Assembly (NCBI GenBank): GCA_951406725.2
Contig: OX597818.1
Span: forward strand, 11,408,001-11,472,000
DNA: 64,000 nt
Source of the DNA: Octopus vulgaris
Taxonomy: Eukaryota
Reading direction: 5' to 3'
Shown: positions 53,640 through 64,000 of the stretch, in pieces
How positions within the stretch are numbered: position 1 is the first letter of the stretch
Layout: each line of letters begins with the position of its first letter
Position numbers and translations under genes: made by a program
The notes under the pieces: model-generated
Databases searched by the model: none
Told to the model about the DNA's origin: nothing
The model's input: only the letters and a program-made list of their open reading frames with translations

Positions 53640-54370
53640 ACATGTCTTCTTGAACACAATTGTCAATCATCTCATTCCTTTGTCATCCCCATGAAGCTCA
53701 ACTTTCTGAGATCAGTTTCCACTGCTTGTTCCACATATTCCTGGGTTTCTCTCTTCCTTAGGATCCATTCACATTTAGTGATCAATATTTCTTTATGCAG
53801 ATGCCTTCACCCATACACATCACATGATCATAGCAGCAGAGTCATCTCTTTGTATACTACATCTGATGCTTCTTATGTGCAACATTTTGTACTATGCTAG
53901 CTTCATTTCTTTCTAACCATCGCATGTTCTCTGCATCCAAAACCCATGTTTCACCACCATACTGCTCATACACAGCATCGTACAATCTGTCTTTCACTCT
54001 GAGAGAGAGAGAGAGAGAGACCTTTTGTTGCCAACAGAGGTAATAGCTATTTCAGCTTTCTTCAGCCAGTTCTTATTCTAGTAACTATACTTTCAGAACA
54101 TCTTCCTCTACTGCCTAGGCAACAGAAATCATCTACAACCTCTCAGGGTGTTCTTAGCATTCAAGAATATCTATTTTTCGTGTGTTCTTAATGTTTATTG
54201 CTCCTGCACACTTATCTCAAATAAAGTCTACTTTCTCTGTTAACCTCCTTTTGATTCCACTATACCTCTATATGTACCACTATATGTACCCAGTTTGCAC
54301 TGGGTACATATGATGTATGAAATTTCTACACATCAGCACCATTTTTCTGAAGGGTTAGTTTCTTATCTTT
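53640..54370 (-). mobile_element. RTE-clade LINE 3' fragment, decayed
   Basis: Minus-strand remnants LLPLLATKGLSL(RV)KDRLYDA..YGGETW and C-terminal PR..WN..VETDLRKLS, typical of the post-RT region of RTE elements. Multiple disruptions. Confidence 0.75.
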
Positions 54371-55065
54371 CTTTCTCCTAACTAGAACTTTGGTCTTATA
54401 TATTTATGAGTATGTATATATATATATATAGATGTATATATATAGTGTGTGTGTGAACTTATATAGACATATGTATGGTTATATATGTGTATGTATGTAT
54501 ATAATTGCAGGCATGGCTTTGTGGTAAGAAGCTTACTTCCTAACCACACGGATCCAGGTTCAGTCTTTGTATGTGAATATATGTATTTATATGTTTGTGT
54601 GTATGCATATGTGTATGTTTGTGTCTATGGATATGTGGATATCTATGCATGTGTGTATAGACACATATATTTATGTATGTATTCACATACACACATAATG
54701 GTATATTGTAGAGCATTGGTGGGTCCATGCTGAATGTGCTATAGTGGTATCAAAACTACGAACTAGATGGCCATGAAAGTACCACCTTAATGATTCGGTC
54801 GTGTAGATGTTAGAAATAATGTGTGAAAGGGGAGGTGAAAATATTTACTTTTTTTCACTAGGTTTAGTCTTGGAGATTGTTACTTTTCACCTTATCCACC
54901 TTCAATTATGTATACAAAGCATGATATGATTTTGAAGTTCTAGAAATACATTATAAAGCTGATGTTCAACTGTGCTCAGATTCACTTCAGTTATCACAGC
55001 CTTCAAGTGTAAATAAACAGAAGTTTTTATATGTCTTTGTAAAATATAATCAAAGCGATATATTA

Positions 55066-55267
55066 ACCTTTTACCATTTAAACCAGCCATATCTGGCCCA
55101 GATATTCTACCTGTTCTATGTTCAAATCAGCTAGATCTGGCCTCTCATACCTGCCTACAAAAATAACCAATCATTTCATCAACTCAATGTAACATGGTAA
55201 TACATGATTAATTCAAAACAATGTGGATAAATATAGCACTTGTCAGAGTAGTCTGAATGTTAAAGGG
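55066..55267. mobile_element. TTAA-flanked MITE, same family as 33838-34051
   Basis: ttaaCCTTTTACCATTTAAACCAGCCATATC ... CTGAATGTTAAAGGG. Confidence 0.72.
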
Positions 55268-55719
55268 TATAAATTGTTTTTAATTTAAAAACAGTTATAA
55301 TAAATTTATTTTAAGGGTGCGCTGCATCTTTGCAAACTAATTCTGTCGTGTACAGAACTAAAAAAATTATAACAGCTTGAAGTTTAAAATTGCACAAAGC
55401 TTTTATAATCCTTGCCCTCAAAATAAGTAATCCAACAAAGGCTTCGCTAACAGAAACTGAAGTTACTGTCAACAACATTCTTGTATAAGAATAATAAATA
55501 ATGGTAACAACTTACAATTACACATTTCCACAAATTTTAAGGGAACAGTATATAATGATCAATTAAATTAATTCCCAGTGCTTAACGTTTTTTTCTTCTC
55601 ACTTCAGAGAAATGCTAGAAAATGTTTATCTTCTCTTCATAAGAGTTGAACTCTGGATAAAAGTCGACCAATTTTTGTTAAAACATTAGTGACAGGCCAA
55701 TGAGATATTCTGCACTGTC

Positions 55720-55900
55720 ATTCAATCTGCTAGAAAGAGCAGCAAGATTCTCTAAGGTCACACCCTATTATTTTAAAACAAGAGAGACACCTTAGACTGT
55801 GAAGTCCTAGATGTGCAGAAAGATAGGATAGTCACAGCTGGAATGTTTATGATCAAAGATATGCTTGATCAAGGCAGTTGACTCAAACTAAACAACGGTA
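55720..55900. repeat. Representative of an old interspersed repeat of about 180 bp, roughly 20 degenerate copies in the window
   Basis: Recurrent motifs CTGCTAGAAATAGCAGCCAAAT...AAATCACACCCTA...TCTT...GGAATGCCTTTGATC...CTAAACAAC in both orientations, e.g. near 6630, 8260, 8955, 9170, 9890, 14140, 31500, 34450, 44160, 46165, 56590, 61330 and 61690. Confidence 0.7.
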
Positions 55901-57374
55901 AAAACTGCCATAATAGTCAGTTTTATAGTCGAGTGTATCAGTTTAATATGATGAATATTTCCTTTATCAAACCTGGAGAGCTGAGTGGAAGACAGTGACC
56001 AGTGCAGTACTTGAGGTCAAAATTTTGATGAAGTAAAAATTATATATTGTAGCCTGTCTCTTGCTTCTCCGTTTCTCATTCATTATCTCTACATTGTCAC
56101 TCATCCTACAACAAATGACAACAAAATCTACTTCAAATCATATCTTGCTATCTTCAAAAAAGAGATTCCAAACATGTGGAGTCCAGTGTAATACTTGATA
56201 TATAAAAAGATAGGATGGCCTTTACTAGAATACCTTTGATTATTTGTTTTCTCAATCAGGGCTAGGATAAAGTTGAGTGAATCAATCTCATAGCTTGAAG
56301 TAAAGTTGATTGAAACACTCTGGGTCTATGGACCGGCCAATAAAACAAAAATAAACTGATCTGTTGAATTGCTTTTATGCTTGCTTCTCCCCAAAAGGAT
56401 GGCTTTGTGCCCATTGTTAGACATAATTAAATATTATTATGATGATAACAGTAATAAAGTATAAATAAAGATATCAGGATAGAAAGATATTTCCATATAT
56501 ATATATATATACTTTTGTATGAGATCATATTGTTGGATTGCTAAACTGTGGTTGAGACAGCAAAGGAGCTTCTCTAGGTGGTTGTGAGAAAGAGTAGCCA
56601 AATATTGCTAATCTCATACCCAATTCTTCTTACAGAAGGAAGGACATGTCAAATGGATGAGATGATCACAGCTGCTATGCCTATGAGCATAGGTCTGTTT
56701 GATCAAGTTTGACTTGGTCTAAACAACTTTACAGTGATGTGTATCAGTTTGTAGTTTGTCCTCTTAATCTTTTAACAAAAAGTATTATAAGAACACCCTT
56801 CTAAAAGCAGAGACATTTGAAGGATTAGAGAGAGAAATAGATGAAAGGTGTGTTAGTTTGAATTGTTTGAACTTTTATTTAGAATATGGCTATGGCACTA
56901 ATTGGAAATATACTGATCGCATTGTTGTCTGGGTTTCTAATCCATTGTTTTGTTGTATTTCTGGTTAAAACACTTAATTCTTGTATTGATTTAGTTCAAT
57001 ATGGCAATAGTAGTTTAATAGGTAGCAGGATGGGAAGGTGATAGTTATGTGGTTGACATGCCACAAATAGATTTTGTCTCGCCTTACTTAAAACCACACA
57101 AATCTGTACCAGCTCTATATTTAAAAAATTTGTAAACAAAGCATTAACTTTTGGCAGCATTTTTAAGAACTTGCTGTTTTTTTTTTTCATTAAAACCTTT
57201 ATTCATCTATGTCAAAGAAAATTGAATCATATGGAAAATCAAACTAGCAACATAAACTTTTGATATGAAACTGAATGACTTGTTTAAAAACTGTACCTTT
57301 AACTTCAATAGCTTTTCAAATGTTGATCTCATACCATACTAGATCTATATCAGTACAATAAAATTATGCTTCTA

Positions 57375-57603
57375 ATGGGTTGGTGCATAATTATTGTGGC
57401 TTTTTTTCAACAAATTTTATTCAACAAAAAAAGGCTTTAAATGATGAGCTGATCATCTTCCAAGCAAATGGGAAGCAGTAATTGAAGTAGATGGTGAATA
57501 TGCTCCAGAATAATCATTTAAAGATGTTTTTGTTACATGTTGTTATTGTTTTTGTTGAATAAAATTTGTTGAAAAAAGTCACAATAATTATGCACCAACC
57601 CAA
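57375..57603 (+). mobile_element. Internally deleted mariner element (MITE)
   Basis: About 55-bp TIRs starting TGGGTTGGTGCATAATTATTG with TA TSD. The interior keeps a mariner transposase C-terminus, DHLPSKWEAVIEVDGEYAPE*. Confidence 0.9.
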
Positions 57604-57995
57604 TAATATATCATAAAATGGCAAATGTAATTATTTTAATTTAGGCTCTTGAGAGCATTCATTCTAAATACTCATCAGAAATTCTGTTCTATCCAATTTG
57701 TAAATGAATTATACTTAAATCCTAAACATTTCTGTATATATCTAATCTATATGTCACAATCTATTGCAGCAGACATTTCACATTTCATAGTATTTCCTCA
57801 CTCAAAACTTTATCTCATACCAAATTCACAGACACACAGAAACACTAAACATTTTATTATATTTGATCTATGTTCTACACTCATATTAAGGAAAAAAAAC
57901 ATTCTTTGTATAAGATTTCAGAGGCATACCTTAAGTCATAGTCATTACACTAACATGATTTTTGTCCTTAGGTGGCAGTTGTTATTTCTTATTTG

Positions 57996-58319
57996 CTAGT
58001 ATTTCCCTCAAACTTTGCTTTTGTTGCAATATTTATTCAAAATCCAAAGAATCCCTATCAACACATGACTATGATGCTTCCCCACTACTCCTGCTCATGA
58101 CCAGAGATGCACATATTGTCAGCTACTAAGAGTCAAGCTCAAGTGGTTATAGTCAAGCAATAGCCAAGCAAATTTGTAGTATTGAACAGAATATTTGCTA
58201 TAATGATATTTCTGCTTCAGCAACTCAGCACTGAATCTGTCTGAAATGTAATGGAAAATAGGTCAGTTTTGAAACATTGATGTCCAGGTTGCAAAAGCAA
58301 AGTTTGAAGAGAATAGTAG
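57996..58319. mobile_element. Non-autonomous TIR element, superfamily unassigned
   Basis: About 28-bp imperfect TIRs CTAGTATTTCCCTCAAACTTTGCTTTTG / CAAAAGCAAAGTTTGAAGAGAATAGTAG. Confidence 0.6.
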
Positions 58320-58476
58320 TCATTTCCTTTGAGTACTAGATAGAAGTAAATTGGAAATAGCACTTACTGACCAAAGACAAAAAAATGAATAAATAAAAAT
58401 TTTGTTACAGAGTGTTATTTGTACCAAACATATGAACTACACTCCTACTCAAAACATTTCAATAGCACCCATCAAT

Positions 58477-58744
58477 AACCATTTCATAACCATATTTCTA
58501 ATGAAATACACTGGTTATGTTTCAATTAATTTACAAAGTAATAAAACATTTGGGTAGAATTTAATAAAAAAAAACATCTCTTTCATTAATTGGAATATTA
58601 AACTATTGTTTGAATCTTTAACAAAAGCATTTCAAATTAATTGTTGATGGAAGATTTTAATTTAAATATGATCGCACTAAAATTAAAAATTTTGAATCCT
58701 GAAACCTGATGTGGTCTCAAGTGGGTTGGCATTAAAAGGGTTAA
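58477..58744. mobile_element. Probable TTAA-type MITE (second family)
   Basis: Right end GTGGGTTGGCATTAAAAGGG|TTAA; degenerate left end taaccatttcataacc. Confidence 0.5.
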
Positions 58745-59335
58745 AAGTTTTCATCACATACTGGCTTAATGATGCAGTCACACTCCAAACCTTTCCCCTC
58801 ATCCTTTCTGATAACAGTAGTTTCTACACCACAGATTCTCTATGATTTATAGAAGACAGAAGCAGTGAAAGAAATAACAAAACAAAATTTAAAATTTCAT
58901 AAAAAAAAAGGAATTTTTTAAAGAAATCACTGATTTAAATATTAAATACTGAAAGATAAAATCAAAACAATTTTCATTGTTTCTTCAATCAAACTTCATG
59001 TTTTCTCAATTTCTTTTCAAATCCCACATTTTCTGACATTTTGCTCTTCTTCCCTATCCCACATTAATTTTCTTTGTTCATGCTTAATGGTTTATTAACT
59101 TGTGCTGTAACATTTTTTTGTTTTTGTTTTTTTTTTTGTTTTTTTACCCCTGAATTTTTTCAGTTTTCATTCTCTTTCTTTCTTGGCATGCTGCATGTTA
59201 TGAAATTACCCAAATAAATCACCAAACATTTTGATCCTAACAATTTTTTGATATGTGAATTTTAAATTGAATTCATTTAGTTTGTGTTTCAATTGGTTAT
59301 TTCATGTGCATACACACACATACAAACAAAATGAA

Positions 59336-59450
59336 TAGATAGATAGATAGATAGATAGATATAGATAGATAGATAGGATTGATAGATAGATAGATAGATA
59401 GATTGTAGATAGATAGATAAACCAGTTGTAGATAGACAAACAGATAGATA
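59336..59450. repeat. (GATA)n microsatellite
   Basis: Imperfect GATA/GACA array. Confidence 0.93.
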
Positions 59451-62427
59451 GGCTGGTAGGCAGAAAGATTGAAATAAAAGAAAGTAAGAAGCAGAAAAAT
59501 CTGACACAAAAAGATATTGTGTTGCTATTTTAAAATTTTAGCAATTATTGATATTTTTATAAAATGGAGATTTTTTATATTCTATCTGGTGAAATACATG
59601 GAACTATATAAAATATGTTTTTCATAAAAGAAGCAGCATTAGGTTTTCTATCACCTGCAGACAACATTATTGTATTTTGTTTCTTGGGCAAGATAACTAA
59701 CTCTATTTAATGTTTTATCATGCCAATTAATGAAGAACAGGCATAAACTCATATTAATGCAAGGAAATGATGTACTAGTGATTTCCACTTGTATGTTTCA
59801 ATTGTTTGCCCTAACTCCACTTTTCAACACGACGATGCTTTTCCTTGGATTTATATGATAAATATAAACATTAATTTCTTTTGAGCTTGTATACTGGTAA
59901 TGTGTTTCCAAGGGAGCTATTGTAGGTATTAATTAATTTTCCCAGAAGAGAACGGCTAATTATATCAACTCCAGCAGGTGACCAGTGCTGATCTTATCAA
60001 CCCAGGAAGGATTAAAAACAAAGTTGAATTTAGCAGGATTTGAACTTGGTATGCAACAAAATACTGCAAGGACTTTTTCAGTGTTTCTACCATACTAATA
60101 ATTCCCTGTTTTCTTCAATACTAAGTATTGATTGATTGCTTGATTGATTGATATGATTATTGGTAGTTATGAGTATTTTGTTGCTTTCAGTTGAAGCAAA
60201 GATTGTTTTTTTATCATTATTTCTTACACCATTCATTACATTAGTGACTGGACCTCAGAGTGCCAACCCAAAGCTTTCTACCAATCCAAATCCTTCATTC
60301 ATTTGTATGATTTGTTTTATTTCTCATTCAACCTCAGTCAACAGTTTTTCTAAATTGTGAGCTTAAACTAAATTAAATGCAAACCAACTGAAGCACTTAA
60401 AACTAGCAGCTAAACTACACTCAAATCACACTCTTCTATTGCAAAAAGTGATCCCATTTGAAACTGTACTGCTAGATTCATTACTTCAGATCAAAAATAA
60501 TGAAATAAACATTGCTATAACATTGTTGATCATAAGTCTGTTTGATTTGTGACTAGACAAAAACAGCTAAAGCTAAACATGCTACCGCTACCTCTTTGAC
60601 TTACATAACTGTCTGATGCTGCAATCTCATGCCACCATTTTTCATCATACTACACTGATATTATGTAAAACATCATGCAGCACAATTAGCAACACTATGT
60701 AAAGGCATATCTATATGTTTATAACACATCCATTCTTGCTATAGGATCAGCCTGAAGACAATACTATCAATTAAATCACAAATTGATTCCTACATTGTCA
60801 GTAAGGTAACTTGTCAAAGATATTTTGGGTTGATTTGCCCAGATGCTATTCTTCAGCATGACTAAATGTTTTAAACATAGAAATGTGTCAACATTTATTA
60901 TATTCCACTTCTCTAAATTTCGGTTGTTTAACAATAAGTCTTTACCAACAACATAACAAATTTCTTTTAATGAGATAGTTACTACAGTGAGAAAGTATAT
61001 CTATTTAATGTAACTTCAATATCATTGGTTTTAATTTTATCAACTCTGCTGAGATTTCTAATTGGGAACAGTGAGGTGCCAGACCAAGTAGCAATAACAC
61101 ACGGGTCCCAGCATTCTATTGTTCACCTCATCTCCCTTACTTTTGTAATGTAGAAAATATTTGCAATGGCACTCCTACGCAGTCACAATATCTCTCTTAA
61201 TGCTAACTAAATATCTTTCAATCAACTCCATACAATCTTTACAAAAAGAGATTATATGAACCAATGATAGGCAAGTTTTCTACCTAATCTCACAAACAGT
61301 GATGCTTTTAAATGGATACTTTTTGTCTGCCAGAAATAATAACCAAATATCTCTCAAATCACAGCTTGCTATCTTTAAAAAACAAAATAACACATTAGAT
61401 AAGATAGTCCTTGGTATGCATAAAGATACAGGAACATGTATGGCTGGAATAGTTCTGTTCAGTTAGGGGTGACCTGGGATTAAACAACAGCTAGTTCAGT
61501 GCAGCAAACATTTTTATTGATGCCCTAAATTTTAGAGCAGTGTGTCCATATAAACAATTCAGATGTCTTATAGATCATCAAACAAATTATGTTTCTTTAA
61601 TTTGTTATTTCCACGTTACCTACTTGAGTGGACCTGGCAGAGAAGGAGCTACAAGGCAAATAGGTAACATTTATGTGATTGCTAAACCTGCTAGAAATGA
61701 TAGCAAAACTCACACACAACTGCCTTAAAAAGAAAAGGGAATACACATTAAATAATGTAGATAGTCCTGATCAGACTATGTTTTATAAAAGACAGAATTG
61801 TTGCAGCTGGAATGCCTTCAGTCATAAAGCTGCTAATCAGAGATGACTTGAAATTGAGCAATAACTACATCTACAATAAGGACCCTATGCATAAATTAAG
61901 GGCAATTAAGCTAGCACCAAATAGACTCAATGAGCTAATCTCAAATTCATTACTAATTCTCTTGAAAAGATTGAACATCACACACTTTTTCTTGAAAGGA
62001 AATAGAAGGAAAAATGCTTAATTACAAAAAATAAAATATCAGTTACATCACAAAAGAGTTATGATAGTCAATTAAAACACACAGACATGCCACTACACTC
62101 AGTTTTATTTCTTAATTGTATTGTATATTTATGACCTGATCACTAGAGTAAACATGAAAGACTTTCTTTCTAAAACTAAACACAATATGTTTCCTTTATT
62201 TTAAAGTAAATTTGTAGATGAGTCATTCATTTGTTTTATTATTTATTTAATTTTTTGTAAGCTATTCTCTTGAATATAGTTATAGTTTTTAAAACTTTTA
62301 ATCTTTAATAAAACCTCCTCCAGTAACACAATTAGAGACCTTCATACTGCATTAAACCTTTTACAAAAAAAAATATTTTAAAAAAGAGTAAAAACTAGTT
62401 TCATCATCTTATATATTGCTTACACAG

Positions 62428-62562
62428 GCAAGAAGCACCATCCACGTCGACATCACCGAGCAGCTCGTCCCACAAGTCCCTATAGCACTGATAGTAATTT
62501 TAGTGCTGTAGTTCATAAACCTTACCCCAAGTCACAGCGCAAGAAGCAGCTCATGGAGCAAG
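62428..62562 (+). CDS. robo: Robo cytoplasmic exon E (just upstream of CC3)
   Basis: Acceptor ttgcttacacAG|GC, donor CAAG|GTCAGT, 135 nt, phase 1-1. GKKHHPRRHHRAARPTSPYSTDSNFSAVVHKPYPKSQRKKQLMEQ matches ROBO1 RPTSPVSTDSNMSAAV. Too short for the ORF track. Confidence 0.92.
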
Positions 62563-63019
62563 GTCAGTATTCATTACATGGGGTATGAAGGGTTTAAAAA
62601 ATAGCAATTTTGTTGTTTTGATAACCCCCACCAATTGTTTAAAACTTTATAATAATGCAAGGTATTGTTGATAATGTATTTCCTACATATTGTAACATAT
62701 GATAGTATTGAAAATGTGCCAGCTGTATATGTTAAGGCATGCTAATGTATCAGCTATATATTTTAATACAAAGTATAGTATCAATTATATATTGTAACAC
62801 AATACATTATCAGTTTTATATATAATAAATGGTAGTGTATCATTGATATGTTGTTAGTCACAGTAATCTGTCATCATCATCATTGATCTTTATTTTATAT
62901 CCAAACTGGCATGAATTGGATGGGTTTTCTGAAGCAGTCTTTTACAGTCAGATACCCTTCCTGTTGCTAACCCTTTAAGTTCACTTCTTACATCACACAG
63001 GAACATAGTGTACATGTAG

Positions 63020-63222
63020 ACTGGGCACTCTGTCAGTGATGACAATCAGCATCCCTGTGGATTCGATCAATAGAACAGCCTGCTTGTGAAATTCACATGC
63101 ATGTAGTTGAGTACTCTACAAAGACATGTACCCTTAACATAGTTCTCAGTGACATTCAGTGTGACACACAATGTATGACAAGGCTGGCCATTGAACTACA
63201 AGTACAACTCATTTTTGCCAGC
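63020..63222 (-). mobile_element. SINE family 3, 3' portion
   Basis: Reverse complement of 12025-12220 (CAGCTGGCAAAAATGAGTTGTAC...CCAGCCTTGTCA...GATCGAATC). Confidence 0.78.
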
Positions 63223-63932
63223 TGTACCTATTCCACTTGTGTAAAACACACTAATATACACCTATGTATTGTAACACGCAGTTATCAATATATTGTAACA
63301 CTACTAGATACATTAAATGTATCCCGAAAACATAATAAATACACAGATAAATAAACAAATAGAAATAAATAACTATATATATATTTTTTTTTTTTCAATT
63401 CGATTTATTATTATTATTACTAGTATTGTTGTTATACATACATACATACAAGCATATATAATGATAATAATAAGTGGATGTAAACACATGAACAAAATAA
63501 GAATAAACAACAACAACAAAAACAAAATACAAATTACATGAACGTATATAAACAGAAGATACAAATATTACAGGCATCCCCTCACATACACACACTAAAT
63601 AAACATAGACGCACATAGAGATATAAGCATGCGCAAATGAAGACATACAATAGATATACAAAATTGCTGACGGTTAGTAAGGAGAGACACAAATAAGAAA
63701 GAAGAAAACAAAGGACCACTGATGCGGTCACAGGAGTGTGATGAAAGAACTCTGGCCGAAATAAGATTAAGATTAATGTAAAAAATAAATAACACTGAAG
63801 CAAAATAACACCAAATATATAGTGCGTGTGTTTTTATTGGCTAAACTGGCAAAATGACCATTCCGAAATATAACAATATCTGTTTCAACACACGACTTCA
63901 CATAAAAGATCTTGCACAACAAATAATTAAAC

Positions 63933-63980
<48 letters not shown>

Positions 63981-64000
63981 GTATGTATATGTATACATAT

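Overview
AT-rich, microsatellite- and SINE-dense animal genomic DNA. The repeat landscape suggests a coleoid cephalopod, probably Octopus; this is inference. The whole window lies inside one + strand gene, a Roundabout (Robo) axon-guidance receptor. Five phase-compatible GT-AG exons (13828-14014, 16297-16990, 18200-18402, 51561-51752, 62428-62562) encode part of the cytoplasmic tail: CC2 (NWAELLPPPPEHPPP), GPTPPIR, SSSDGSFLTEADYASAVA and RPTSPYSTDSN. The ectodomain/CC0/CC1 and CC3 exons lie outside the window. The introns, including one of 33 kb, hold a decayed full-length Tc1 transposon, mariner/Tc1/pogo/hAT/piggyBac-type MITEs, three tRNA-type SINE families, RTE LINE remnants, minisatellites and many microsatellites. 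Almost all other ORFs in the track are repeat artefacts. Best leads: (1) fold-back palindromes whose arms carry hammerhead-ribozyme-like cores, probably Penelope-like element termini; (2) a possible intron-readthrough short Robo isoform analogous to Robo3.2; (3) a symmetric exon bracketed by nested inverted repeats (circRNA, skipping or editing candidate); (4) a SINE dimer with a single TSD and a minisatellite born from a SINE head. None of these is demonstrated; all need checking.
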